The notes beneath the pieces are model-generated. The model was not told where the DNA came from and ran no database searches. It worked only from the letters and a program-made list of their open reading frames with translations. Below are positions 18,529-29,300 of a DNA stretch of 64,000 nt, piece after piece (within the stretch, counting starts at the first letter, position 1; each line of letters opens with the position of its first letter). The DNA is taken from assembly GCA_021773835.1 (NCBI GenBank), contig JAJFJQ010000062.1, positions 314,599 to 378,598 on the forward strand, in the 5' to 3' direction. This stretch comes from Gammaproteobacteria bacterium. GTDB taxonomy: Bacteria > Pseudomonadota > Gammaproteobacteria > Ga0077536. A program made the position numbers and the translations under genes.

Positions 18529-21194
18529 TCCGGATCGACCTCAGCCAGGGCGTTAGCGACCACTTCAAAGGTATCTTTGGATAGCCCTTCGGTTGTCCGG
18601 ATCCGTTCTAGCGCGCTGCGCGCATGCTGTTGGCGCTGCTGGTCGAATCTGCGCCAGCGATCGAATGAACGGGCCAAACGCGCGGCAATCTGTGCATTGA
18701 CGGCATCAAGTGTGATCACTTGCTCTGCGGCAAACGCATAACCGCGACCGTCGGCGGCATGGAATTGGGCATGGTTACCATGGCAAAAGGCGCCAATTAC
18801 CGCGCGGACCTTGTTCGGGTTTTTGATATCGAACGCCCGGTGCTGCATCAATTTTTGGACTTCCTCGAACGTGTCGGGTAGGCGCGAGGTGGATTGCACG
18901 GCGAACCATTTGTCGACCACAAGTGATTCATCACGCCACTTCTCATAGAAGCTATCGAGTGCTGGGGTTCGCTCGGCACAATCGCAGTTCGCTAATGCGG
19001 ACAGCCCGGCCATCGCCTCGGTCATATTGTCGGCGTTATGCAACTGCGCAACGCACTGTCCAATGATGGTGGGTGTTGCGAGTTCCATGAGATAGCCGAG
19101 GCAGCTGTTACGCAGCGCGCGGCACCCGGCAGAGTGCGGATCCGGGCTGTAATCGCCAGCCACGGCAAACGCATTGTACGTGTGTCTAAGATCGGCTTCT
19201 AATTCGCCGGCAATGTGTTTACGTAGCGCGGTGCGAACGTTGAGGATCGCCTGTGGGTCGACTTCGTCCAGTTGCTCTGCGATGTAGACCTCGCTAGGTA
19301 AGGCCAAGGCCTCCGCGGCGAAGGCGGGATCCGCGTTTGCATCAGCAAGCGTACGCGCAACTGCAGTGATCAGCGCAGCCGGGAATTCTGGCGCGCGGCC
19401 TTTGGCGTACGCATCAATGCCGTCGAGAATGACATTCATCGCGAGTCGCTGGCCGGCTTCCCAACGATTGAACGGATCGCTGTCGTGTGCCATTAGATGC
19501 GCTAGTTCCGCGTCGCTGTAGTCGTACTTGAGGACCACCGGCGATGAGAAATGTCGCAGAATCGACGGCACCGGCGCTTCCGGCACATTGTCGAACACAA
19601 ATTGTTGTTCGCGTTCGGTCAACGATAAAACGCAAGTTGCACCCTCGACGACACCGCCATTTACTGGATGCAATGGCACATCATTGCCATTTGCGTCGAG
19701 CAGCCCGACTGCAATCGGCAGATGGAAGGGGAGCTTATCCGGTTGACCTGGGGTCGGCGCGCAATCCTGCGTCAATTTCAGCGTATAGCGCTGCGACGCT
19801 GGATCATATTCGCCATTGGCTGTCACCGTAGGGGTGCCGGCCTGGTGATACCAACGTTGAAACTGGTCGAGATCTATCTCTGAGGCGTCTTGCATCGCGC
19901 CGACAAATTCCTCGGTGCACACGGCCTGGCCGTCGTGCCGCTCGAAGTATAGATCCATACCTGCGCGAAATTGCTCCGGACCAAGCAAGGTATGGATCAT
20001 GCGCACAACTTCCGCACCTTTGTTGTAGATCGTCGCGGTATAGAAGTTACTGATCTCCATATAGGCTTCGGGGCGCACCGGATGGGCCATGGGTCCCGCG
20101 TCTTCCGGAAATTGCGAACTGCGTAATCCCCGCACCTCTTGGATCCGTTGCACTGCGCGCGAATAGCGATCTTCGCCGTAGCGTTGGTCACGAAAAACAG
20201 TGAGTCCTTCTTTTAGACTCAATTGGAACCAGTCACGGCAAGTCACCCGGTTGCCGGTCCAATTGTGAAAGTATTCGTGTGCAATAACGCGATCGAGCAT
20301 CATGAAATCTGAATCGGTCGCGGTATCAGATCGGGCGAGTACGTATTTCGTATTAAAGATATTGAGGCCCTTGTTCTCCATCGCACCCATATTGAAATCA
20401 CTGACCGCAACGATCATGTATTGATCGAGGTCGAGTTCAAGACCAAATACCTCTTCGTCCCACCGCATCGCCGAGCGCAGCGCTTGCATGGCGAAGTGCG
20501 CCTGGTCGAGTTTGCCTGGTTCGACAAAGATCAATAATTTAACCGGGCGCCCGGATGCCGTTACAAAGTCATCTTCTAGTCGATCGAGTTTCGCCGCTAC
20601 CATCGCGAATAGGTACGCGGGTTTCGGGAATGGGTCGACCCAGCGTGCCCAGTGTCTAGATTCGGATTCATTGCCTTCAGCTTCGAGGTTGCCGTTAGAC
20701 AACAGCAATGGCAGGCGCTCCTTATCCGCGTGTATTGTTGTCGTATAGACCGACATGACATCCGGTCGGTCGAGAAAAAACGTGATGCGGCGAAAACCTT
20801 CGGCCTCGCACTGAGTGAAGAAGCCATCTTTGGAAGCGTAGAGGCCCATGAGCTGGGTGTTGTTCTGCGGCAAAATACGGACTTGGGTTTTGAGTTCGAA
20901 TGCATCGGTCACATCGGCGATGGTGAGCGATTCCAAGTCTAATTCGTACTCGGTTTTCTCTAATGAACGGCCATCAAGCGCGAGCTTGAGGAGTTCAAGT
21001 TCCTCGCCATTGAGTACAAGTGGCGCGTTGGGATCGGCACAGGAGGGGTTGCGCGTAATCGCGAGCCGACTGGTGACGATAGTCTGATCGTCGCCGATAT
21101 CGATGTCGAGATCTATCGACGTGATGAGAAACGGTGGCGGGGTGTAATCGTGTAGGTAGGTTGTTTGCGGAGTAGGATTTAGCATGCAAGCCAT
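18525..21194 (-). CDS. pepN: Aminopeptidase N (M1)
   Basis: TQCEAEGFRRIT, GAMENKG, HEYFH...LKEG and NPNKVRA motifs. Confidence 0.97.
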   Translation of the reverse strand: MACMLNPTPQTTYLHDYTPPPFLITSIDLDIDIGDDQTIVTSRLAITRNPSCADPNAPLVLNGEELELLKLALDGRSLEKTEYELDLESLTIADVTDAFELKTQVRILPQNNTQLMGLYASKDGFFTQCEAEGFRRITFFLDRPDVMSVYTTTIHADKERLPLLLSNGNLEAEGNESESRHWARWVDPFPKPAYLFAMVAAKLDRLEDDFVTASGRPVKLLIFVEPGKLDQAHFAMQALRSAMRWDEEVFGLELDLDQYMIVAVSDFNMGAMENKGLNIFNTKYVLARSDTATDSDFMMLDRVIAHEYFHNWTGNRVTCRDWFQLSLKEGLTVFRDQRYGEDRYSRAVQRIQEVRGLRSSQFPEDAGPMAHPVRPEAYMEISNFYTATIYNKGAEVVRMIHTLLGPEQFRAGMDLYFERHDGQAVCTEEFVGAMQDASEIDLDQFQRWYHQAGTPTVTANGEYDPASQRYTLKLTQDCAPTPGQPDKLPFHLPIAVGLLDANGNDVPLHPVNGGVVEGATCVLSLTEREQQFVFDNVPEAPVPSILRHFSSPVVLKYDYSDAELAHLMAHDSDPFNRWEAGQRLAMNVILDGIDAYAKGRAPEFPAALITAVARTLADANADPAFAAEALALPSEVYIAEQLDEVDPQAILNVRTALRKHIAGELEADLRHTYNAFAVAGDYSPDPHSAGCRALRNSCLGYLMELATPTIIGQCVAQLHNADNMTEAMAGLSALANCDCAERTPALDSFYEKWRDESLVVDKWFAVQSTSRLPDTFEEVQKLMQHRAFDIKNPNKVRAVIGAFCHGNHAQFHAADGRGYAFAAEQVITLDAVNAQIAARLARSFDRWRRFDQQRQQHARSALERIRTTEGLSKDTFEVVANALAEVDPD

Positions 21195-21275
21195 TTTAAA
21201 GGCAATTTAGGTACGGCGGTAACATGCATTGAGCTCGGCAATGTCGCGAGTCCCATGGATATTCTACATCCGCAT

Positions 21276-23390
21276 CTAGAAGTTCATCCGCAGACTGATA
21301 CCACCGTACACATTACGATCCGGCGCCGGTTCGAAAGTTCGTCCACCAAACAAGACGTTAAGGCGAACGTTGGCGAAATAGTCTTCGTCGAAAAGATTGT
21401 TGATGCCGACGAATGGACCGACCGTTGTATTGCCGAATTCGAAATCGTGACCAAAGCGTAGATTAGCAACCGTATGGCGCCCGGCTGCAACGGTGTTGGC
21501 GTTGTCGGCGAAGAATTGGCCGACCCGAATGATGTCCCAGACTGCGTACGCGCCCGAGGCATGGGTGTAGGCGACTTCCGCATAGAATTGATGCTCTGGA
21601 ATACCGGGTAGCTCCTGACCGACTGCTGCGGGGCTTGTCGCGAATGCGTCGAATTCAAAATCGGACCAAGTATAGGCAGTCGTTACCTGCAAGCCGTCGA
21701 GTAAGGTGATTACGGCAGCAGCCTCGACACCTTGGCGCTCGGTATCGGCATTCCGGAAAAAGGATCGGTTGCCAACGTTCGAGACACTGGTGACTTCATC
21801 ATCGACTTCCATGTAGAAGTAGGCGATATCTAAATTGATGCGGTCATGAATGGCCCCACGCAGACCAAATTCGTAGCTATCTGCGGTTTGTGCCGATACA
21901 TTCGCAAAGCCACCGAGACTTACCGGTAAACCGCGCGACGGACTGGCGAGTTCGGTAAACGTTGGTGTTTCGAATGAGGTAGCGTAGTTCGCAAATAAAT
22001 TAATATTGCCCCATGCATTCCAATTCAAACCGACTGTTGGATTGAATTCGTCGAATTCAAGCTTACTTGACTGATCACCGTTGGCTAGAAACTTGTCATC
22101 GACCATTAGATCGACCGAGTCGTAGCGACCACCAAAGGTGAACTGGAGGGTGTCGGTTACGGCGAAGATATTGCGAAAATAGATCCCGACGGCTTCGGCC
22201 TCTTCAACTTGATCGAATGCAAGTAGTCCTTTAACACCGGAATCGTTGAGAAAACGTTGTCGATCATCTTCCTGACGGTCGACGTCGACGCCAATTGAGA
22301 ATTGATTAGGGCGTCCAAACAACGCACTGGTGAATGTGTACTGCGCGCCTCCACCGTAGAAGAATCGATCGAATCCAGTGACGCCGTCGTCCGCGCCGAA
22401 GGTATGTGTGCCGAAGGGTAGAAAGGTTTCAAAGTCGCGCCACACATAGTAGTTGCGCACGGTAAATTGATGTTGATCCCCAATACTGTGATTAAAGGTC
22501 CAACCGAATTTTTGCTGGTCAATATCTTCGCCAGCATTAGAGGCAACATTGCGCGGCTGTGCTTGGCCCGGATCGGCCGCGGCCGCCGCAAAGGTCAATG
22601 CACCGGAATCCTCACGCGTCGGAGAATCCATCGCGTTGAAGACGACTTGCAGATCAGAATTTTCGCCAACTGCGTATGTGAATTTGGAATTAAATGTGCC
22701 TTGACGCAATTCCGCATGGTTGCGAAAGCCTTCGTAGCTTAGGTATGAGGCGCTCATAAAATAGTTGAGTTTGTCGATCTCACCACCGGTCTTTAGGTGA
22801 TATTTTTGTTGATCAAATTCGCCCACAGTTAGGCGCGCCTCGGCGTATGGCGTCGCCGTACCGGATTCCGAGTACAGACTGATCACACCTCCCGACGCAC
22901 TTCCATACAGCGAAGAAGATGGGCCGCGGATAACTTCAACGCGATTAATCGCACCAAGTTCGACATCGTCGATGACGCTTTGTCCGTCGGTCACGGTCGA
23001 GGGGAGTCCGTCGACAAACACGCGGATACCACGAATGCCGAAGTTCGCGCGGGCGCCAAAACCGCGCAGCGAGATGCGTAGGTCTTGGGCAAAGTTATAA
23101 CGGTTTTGCGAAAACATGCCCGGTACCCGATTAAGTGATTCGTCGAGTGCGAATTGCTGCCGACCGAGTTGAATATCGTGTTGGTCTATGACGCTGGCTG
23201 CGCCGGCGATAGTGGAAAGGGTTTGATCCATGCGGCTGGCCCGAACATGAACTTCTTCGACATCAGCCGCTGAGAGACCTTGGGCGACCATCAATGTGCC
23301 GATAAAAGCTAGGAGTAATGAGACGTAGTGATTGTGACAGTGCATGGCTTTCCGTGTCTGGTGATAGGACAAAGTGGTGAAAACATTCAT
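21276..23390 (-). CDS. TonB-dependent receptor, YncD/PqqU-like
   Basis: Plug NRYNFAQDLRISLRGFGARANFGIRGIRVFVDG, EVIRGPSSSLYG, FETPTFTEL; C-terminal Phe. Likely start ATG 23345. Confidence 0.9.
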   Translation of the reverse strand: MNVFTTLSYHQTRKAMHCHNHYVSLLLAFIGTLMVAQGLSAADVEEVHVRASRMDQTLSTIAGAASVIDQHDIQLGRQQFALDESLNRVPGMFSQNRYNFAQDLRISLRGFGARANFGIRGIRVFVDGLPSTVTDGQSVIDDVELGAINRVEVIRGPSSSLYGSASGGVISLYSESGTATPYAEARLTVGEFDQQKYHLKTGGEIDKLNYFMSASYLSYEGFRNHAELRQGTFNSKFTYAVGENSDLQVVFNAMDSPTREDSGALTFAAAAADPGQAQPRNVASNAGEDIDQQKFGWTFNHSIGDQHQFTVRNYYVWRDFETFLPFGTHTFGADDGVTGFDRFFYGGGAQYTFTSALFGRPNQFSIGVDVDRQEDDRQRFLNDSGVKGLLAFDQVEEAEAVGIYFRNIFAVTDTLQFTFGGRYDSVDLMVDDKFLANGDQSSKLEFDEFNPTVGLNWNAWGNINLFANYATSFETPTFTELASPSRGLPVSLGGFANVSAQTADSYEFGLRGAIHDRINLDIAYFYMEVDDEVTSVSNVGNRSFFRNADTERQGVEAAAVITLLDGLQVTTAYTWSDFEFDAFATSPAAVGQELPGIPEHQFYAEVAYTHASGAYAVWDIIRVGQFFADNANTVAAGRHTVANLRFGHDFEFGNTTVGPFVGINNLFDEDYFANVRLNVLFGGRTFEPAPDRNVYGGISLRMNF

Positions 23391-23407
23391 ATGAAGCAGG
23401 AGAACGC

Positions 23408-23424
23408 TGCAGCAACCATGCCAA
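23408..23424 (-). promoter_or_regulatory. Sigma-54 (-24/-12) promoter of the TonB receptor
   Basis: Minus strand TTGGCATGGTTGCTGCA = GG-N10-GC. Confidence 0.65.
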
Positions 23425-23439
23425 GCATGGAAAAATTTA

Positions 23440-23452
23440 CAACTATTTGATT
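23440..23452 (-). promoter_or_regulatory. IHF binding site
   Basis: Minus strand AATCAAATAGTTG matches WATCAANNNNTTR exactly; AT-rich context just upstream of the sigma54 site. Confidence 0.6.
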
Positions 23453-23507
23453 ATATTAAATATATTCTAAATCTCGGCTGACGCAGCTCTGTGCGGCCGA
23501 ATGAATT

Positions 23508-23534
23508 TTGGTTGTTATGAACCAACTATTGGTT
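23508..23534. promoter_or_regulatory. Overlapping palindromes, candidate upstream activator sequence
   Basis: TTGGTT-GTTATG-AACCAA-CTA-TTGGTT, about 85-110 bp upstream of the sigma54 -24 element. Confidence 0.4.
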
Positions 23535-23651
23535 AGAGGCAAACACTCTACGAACCCCTGCGCGGCGACATTCGTGAAATGAGAACTCATAGGCTAAAGA
23601 CTGAGATTTCGGCGTCGCTAACCGACTAAGCCAAAAATTTTACCCGAAATC

Positions 23652-24464
23652 GTGAAGCCTGAATTGTTCGGACATTATCCATCGATATCGCTCGTTGGCA
23701 TCAAGTCGGCGTTTGCGGACGCCTACCGCGCCGCTGTGCATCCGTACGTGGTCGATGCTGAACCGACCCTGATTTATGAAGTGAGCCTGGGCGAACGCGA
23801 TCCTGCGGCATTCACTGCGCTCTGCCGCTTCGCTGCAGCACATGGCTTTCGGCTACGCGAAGAACGTCGGACTTCGGCCACTGGTGTTACCCGTGAGCGT
23901 CGCGGCAAGGGGCTAGTGATGCTCGTTTTAGGGATGGGCCTTCTCGGGCTGTCGGCGATGGCACCGGCCGATGTTGCGTCTAGTGTCGACGACAGCGGAT
24001 CAGCAGTGCTCGAACAGGCGTCTAACAGCACGCCATCCGACGAATTTGTCGTGCGTGAGATGCTGCAGTGGCTGCAGGCACAGCAAATCGGTATGGACCA
24101 TCCGTGGCAAGCACCTGCGGTGACCCGGATCAGCCAGCGCGAGATCTTGCGCTTAGCCTTCGGCGAGCAGTTACCCCAAGCGCTTGCCAACGACGGCTTA
24201 AAGGTTTACGGATTGTACAATTTCAAAAACGAAACTATTTATCTGCACAACGGGATCGACCTTGGCAGCATTCGTGGCCGCGCCGTACTCGTGCATGAGC
24301 TAGTGCATTATTTGCAGTATCGCAGCGGCGTTAACAATCGCGTGCGTTGCAAAAACGAACTAGAAACGATGGCGTACCAGTTGGAATCGCGCTACCTGCA
24401 AGCGCATCAGCACAAACCTGGGGTCGGCGCCGCTCAAATTCGCCGTTTGAGCCGCTGTAGTTGA
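23652..24464 (+). CDS. Hypothetical membrane-anchored/exported protein with a C-terminal HExxH domain (DUF6647-like)
   Basis: Internal hydrophobic segment GLVMLVLGMGLLGLSAMAPA; C-terminal GLY....TIYL...LVHELVHYLQ...C..ELE..AY.L...YL. Confidence 0.6.
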   Translation: MKPELFGHYPSISLVGIKSAFADAYRAAVHPYVVDAEPTLIYEVSLGERDPAAFTALCRFAAAHGFRLREERRTSATGVTRERRGKGLVMLVLGMGLLGLSAMAPADVASSVDDSGSAVLEQASNSTPSDEFVVREMLQWLQAQQIGMDHPWQAPAVTRISQREILRLAFGEQLPQALANDGLKVYGLYNFKNETIYLHNGIDLGSIRGRAVLVHELVHYLQYRSGVNNRVRCKNELETMAYQLESRYLQAHQHKPGVGAAQIRRLSRCS

Positions 24465-24487
24465 TCAACCAAAGTTCGTGTCTGCCC

Positions 24488-26317
24488 TCAGTAACCAACG
24501 ACGATGGCGAAATGCGCGCGACCGGCACCGACATCACTCGTCGGAATGTCTTTAAGCTGCCAACCGTAGTCGAATCGAATATCAACATAGGTGTTAATCG
24601 AGTACCGCAATCCAACGCCAGCCGACCATAGATGCGAGATCGGCTCGCCGAATAGACGGTCCTTCGAGCGACCCATACCATAGTCGCTAAAGACGAGACC
24701 GACAAATCGATCACGTTGAATATTCGTTAACGCATCCAATAGAGATAAACGTGGCGTGCGGATCTCGTTACGTAGGATCACGCCGATATCCGCAGGGATC
24801 TCATATTCGTCATAACCGCGTACCGATCGATGCCCACCGACTTCGAGTTGCTCACTCCCAAGCAGGTTTTCATTTGATCCTTGCAGGGTCAATTGGCTAG
24901 ACCATATAAAGCCGCGGGGTAGCAAGGTGGTTCGGTAGAGGCTCGCTCGAATGTACATATAATCGGCCGAGGCGCCGGCGCGCGAGCGAACGAAGGCTCG
25001 GTCTTCGTTGCCGCCGCCCATACCGCCGGGGCTTACCGCGAGGCGTACCGATGCCGAGGTGTGGCCGTAAGGGTCGTGGCCTGCAAAGCCGTAGGTCGCG
25101 GAGAATTGTGAGATCGTGGTTTGCGTATCCGAAACTCTGATTCTGCCGAACGCAAGGTCGTTATTCGCGCGTTTATGGTCATAACCGATTTCTAGATGTT
25201 GGCGAAACTTAGGCATGGCGCCGAACGGGATCCGATAGCGAAACCCAGCCTGCCAATTACGCCCTTTGAGTTCAAAACCGCCAGCGGTGACGTCGGGTTT
25301 CGAATCGACCGTAACACCATACAAATCCAGCGTATGACGCCAGCTCAGCGGTAGGCTGTAGCCGACGCTGTGGGCCTTAACCGCGCGGGTGTCGAATGAA
25401 GAGGTAAATTGATAATTGAGTTGGTGGCCAAGGTTAAACACGTCACCCCAATTGAAGCCGGTGAGCCAGCGCTGTTTTCCGCTAAGACGGGTTCCAGTGT
25501 CCTCGACCGCTCCATAAATGCGATAGGGTCGGCGTTTCTGCACGGCGTAGATCAGATCGGTTTCGCCGAAGCGTTGGCCGCGCTCGAGCACAATATTGAC
25601 TGAACGAAACGGGTTCCGATTGAGCCATTCAAGTTCTGCACGCAGCGCGTTACCAGTGATGCGTTCGCCGGCCGCGATGCCGGGATGTGCGATAAGCCGT
25701 TGTGCGCTGCGGCCGTCGATCCCTTCTACTTGAACATCCCCGCGACGACCGACGACGACGATGATCTGCACGACCCCGTCGGTAACGTCCTGGCCCTCCG
25801 GGGCGAAGGCGTCGATCACCGGACGGTCGTGTTGGCGGCCGAAATCGACAATCGCGCGATTAAGTTTATCGAGTAAGCCCAATGTCAGTGGTTGCCCGAC
25901 AAAGACCTGTAGCTCTGATGCTAATAGTTCTTTTTGTGCGAAATCGAGTAGTGAGACATCCACCCCCGTCTGTTCGGAGCGGTCTTTTAATTCATCGGTG
26001 GCGTCGAACAAGATGATCCCATTTAATGCTGCAACGAGGACTTGGTCGGTAGCCGGATCGGCGTCTCCACGTTGGCGCTCCTGCTCGATGATGGAGCCGG
26101 CGTGCGGCGTCGGCGCGGTTCTCGGCAGCAAATGGGCGTCGTCCGTCACGGCGCCAACACCGTTGCTCAGCACTGTACCGAGGGCGAATGCGACGGTCGC
26201 CGCCCGGTTCCACTTACACCGCATTTTGAAGGCAAAAATCGCTTGCACACCAACTACTTCAGTAATTTTGTTGAAGTAACACGGAATATACCGTTTCGCT
26301 CCTATTGGCGAAACCAC
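24488..26317 (-). CDS. TpsB (ShlB/FhaC/HecB) two-partner secretion outer-membrane transporter
   Basis: POTRA-like N-terminus, WLNRNPFR, GG..SVRGY motif, C-terminal barrel strands SAGVGLRY...FDYGWQL; likely start ATG 26224. Confidence 0.9.
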   Translation of the reverse strand: MVSPIGAKRYIPCYFNKITEVVGVQAIFAFKMRCKWNRAATVAFALGTVLSNGVGAVTDDAHLLPRTAPTPHAGSIIEQERQRGDADPATDQVLVAALNGIILFDATDELKDRSEQTGVDVSLLDFAQKELLASELQVFVGQPLTLGLLDKLNRAIVDFGRQHDRPVIDAFAPEGQDVTDGVVQIIVVVGRRGDVQVEGIDGRSAQRLIAHPGIAAGERITGNALRAELEWLNRNPFRSVNIVLERGQRFGETDLIYAVQKRRPYRIYGAVEDTGTRLSGKQRWLTGFNWGDVFNLGHQLNYQFTSSFDTRAVKAHSVGYSLPLSWRHTLDLYGVTVDSKPDVTAGGFELKGRNWQAGFRYRIPFGAMPKFRQHLEIGYDHKRANNDLAFGRIRVSDTQTTISQFSATYGFAGHDPYGHTSASVRLAVSPGGMGGGNEDRAFVRSRAGASADYMYIRASLYRTTLLPRGFIWSSQLTLQGSNENLLGSEQLEVGGHRSVRGYDEYEIPADIGVILRNEIRTPRLSLLDALTNIQRDRFVGLVFSDYGMGRSKDRLFGEPISHLWSAGVGLRYSINTYVDIRFDYGWQLKDIPTSDVGAGRAHFAIVVGY

Positions 26318-26324
26318 CGTGCGT

Positions 26325-29300
26325 CTATGGGGTGCTGTAGATCGCTTCCTCGCCGTCGATATCGTCGAAGGTAGAACTCCAACTCAGCCACGGATCAGGG
26401 GTCGCTTCGCCGAGCTCCAAGCGTAAGGGAAACTCTGATTGGGGTAGGTTGCTGCGCAGGAATACTTGCCCGCCTGAGGCGCTGGTAGTGGTCGCAATTC
26501 GTGTGTCGTTTTGCTGCGCCGCCTGAAAGGATGCGAGTAGCCCATCAGATTGATCCGCCGGGAATGGGGCCGTCGCGAGCGGTGGCGCGACCATTGTTGT
26601 TGGTGGCAACGGTACGACCGGCCGCGGTAGTGCAGCGAAGTTAATCGTCTCGAAATCCGTGTAACTTATCAATGGATCAACCGTGCCCGTGCCCGGCGCG
26701 CCCGGCAGGAGTTCGAAACCGATAACAGACAGCGTATCGCCAGGAGCAGTGCCTGGGCTGCCGCCGTCCAGGGACATTGCCAAGCTTGCCAGCTCGATCA
26801 CGTTGACCGTGTCCTCACCAGCGCCCGTGGCCAAACTCATGGCCTCGAAATTCATGTAGTCGATAATCGTAGAGCCCTTCAACAATTGCGTATTCGACAG
26901 GGTATAGGCCTCGCCGTCGGCATCGCTTGCGTCGACCAGAGCCAGCGTCTCGCTCCCAGCGCCGCCATCAATCACATAGTGACCGGGGAAAAAGGTGTCA
27001 AGGCCGTCGGGCAAGGTGAAAACGTCATTGCCAGCGCCGCCGCTGATGAAAACATCCGTTGACGTCGTTACCGCATCTACAAGGTCGAAAGTCGCCCCGA
27101 TTGATTGTCCAAAGCGCAGTTCGATGGTGCCCGCACCGGCGTTGGTGATGCGCTGGTTGACCGCCATGTCGGCACCGGAAATTAGTGCCAGTGCATTGCT
27201 ACTCGCGTAGTCCCAAATACCATTGTTTATCAGGTTTGCGCCCGCATCGGTTGCGCTAACTGTGACATTGCCGCCACTGAGGTTGTGTTCGAACTTGTCG
27301 GCAAAATCTTGATCCATAATTGCCGTCGGTGCTCCCGGGCCTTTGATGTTGTCGAGCGTTTGTGTGGTCAGGCTTACGTCGGCCCCAGCGATGGCGCCGG
27401 CGGTAGAGGTGTTATGCCCAATGCGCCAGATAGACCGACTAGCGCTGCCGTTCTCAAGACTGGTTTCACCGCTGACAGTGATATCGATGTCGCCAGAACG
27501 TGCGCCGTTACCGAGTGCTAGACCGGTCGCAGTACCCGCGTCGCCGTGGCCGATTTGCGCATACTTGTCGTTGCCGGCACCGACGCCACCCATGAGATCG
27601 AGCGCGGCTGCGGTAAGTGTTATCGAGCCACTACTGTCGCCATCGCTACTGCGGCCGCCGTGGCCTAGTTGGGCGTAAGCGGCGTTACCTGCTGCGCCGA
27701 CAAACATTGTAGTGCCGCTCGTCTCAAGTCTGATGTCGCCAGATCTTGCGCCGTCGGCGTCATAGCCACCGTGACCGATGCTCGCCTGACTGCGTGTATT
27801 GGCACCAGCCATTATCGAAGCGTCGGCCACGCCTTGGATCGTAATGTCGCCGGTCTTTGTGCCGCCACTCGCGTTGCCACCGTGGCCGATTTGACTGTAT
27901 GCGTTGGTCCCGCTGCCGCCTCCTAGGTCGAGATCGTCGCTGCTCAAACGTAAATTGAGCATGCCACCGTGGGCGCCGTCCGCGTTGTACCCGCCGTTAC
28001 CAATCTGCGCGTAACTTTGGATCCCGTTACCACCGGTTAATGAAACGGCACCGATGTTGTCGAGTGTGATCGCGCCGTTATGATCACCGGTGGCGGATCG
28101 ACCACCGTTGCCGATCTGCGCGTAGGCATCGCGCCCAGCGCCTGCCGCAACGGTTATCGAGCCGCTGTCCGAGATGTCCACGATCCCACTATGGTCGCGA
28201 TTATTCGCGCCGCCGCCGAAGCCGAGTTGCGCATAGGCGTCGCGTCCGGCGCCGGCGTTGATGTTGATATCGTTGATCCTGATCAGTGAAACCGTACCGC
28301 CTTGATTGCCATCTGCGTTATAGCCGCCATGGCCGAGATGCGCATACGCCTGGCGACCACCACCGGCGTTAAAACTGATGTCGTTGGCGCCATCAATCGA
28401 TACCGTTGCCGTGCGTGCACCTTGGCTCGACCAACCACCGTGGCCTAATTGAGCGTAGGCGCGGGCACCGCTCCCGGCGTTGAAGGTAATGTCATTGACG
28501 TTCATCAAGCCAATGGTGTCGGCGGTGTTGACGTTGCTAGAACGCCCGCCGTGTCCCAACTGAGCATAGGTATCGACGTCGTTACCGCCAGTGAAGGTGA
28601 TGTTGTTCGCCGCGGTGATGGCAATCATGCCGCCATGGTCACCGTCGGAATCGTAACCGCCGTGGCCTAGTTGGGCGAAGGCGCGGTCATTATTGTTCGC
28701 CGAAAAGTTGATATCCCCGATGGCGCTAAGCGTTATCGCACCATTGACGTCACCGCGACTTGAACGGCCACCATGACCAATCTGCGTATAGGCGTCCACC
28801 GCGTTACCAGCACTCGCATCGATGGCGCCGCTAGTGTTGATATCGATGTCGCCAACGTGATCACCGTCGCTGTCGTAGCCGCCGTGCCCAATCTGCGAGA
28901 ACGACCGTAGTGCATCTCCAGACTGGAGGTTCACCATTGTGCTCATACCGATGTCGATTGATCCGGAGAGATCTCCTCGGCTGGCGTAGCCGCCGTGACC
29001 GAGTTGACTATAGGCTTGGCTACCGTCACCACCGCTGAAATTTATGACCCCAGCACTGCCGATTGCAATATTGCCATTGTGATCACCGTCTGCATCGTGT
29101 CCACCGTGACCAAGTTGTGTGTAGGCGCGCGTCCTATTGGTCGAGACGAAATTGATATCGGACACCACGCCAAGTGTGATCGCACCACTATGTGCTGCAC
29201 CCCTGGCAGCGCGACCGCCGTGACCTAACTGCGCGTAGGTATCGTTGGCGGTGCCTGCGCCAAAGTTGATGTCTGCGGCAAGCGTGATGTCGATGTCGCC

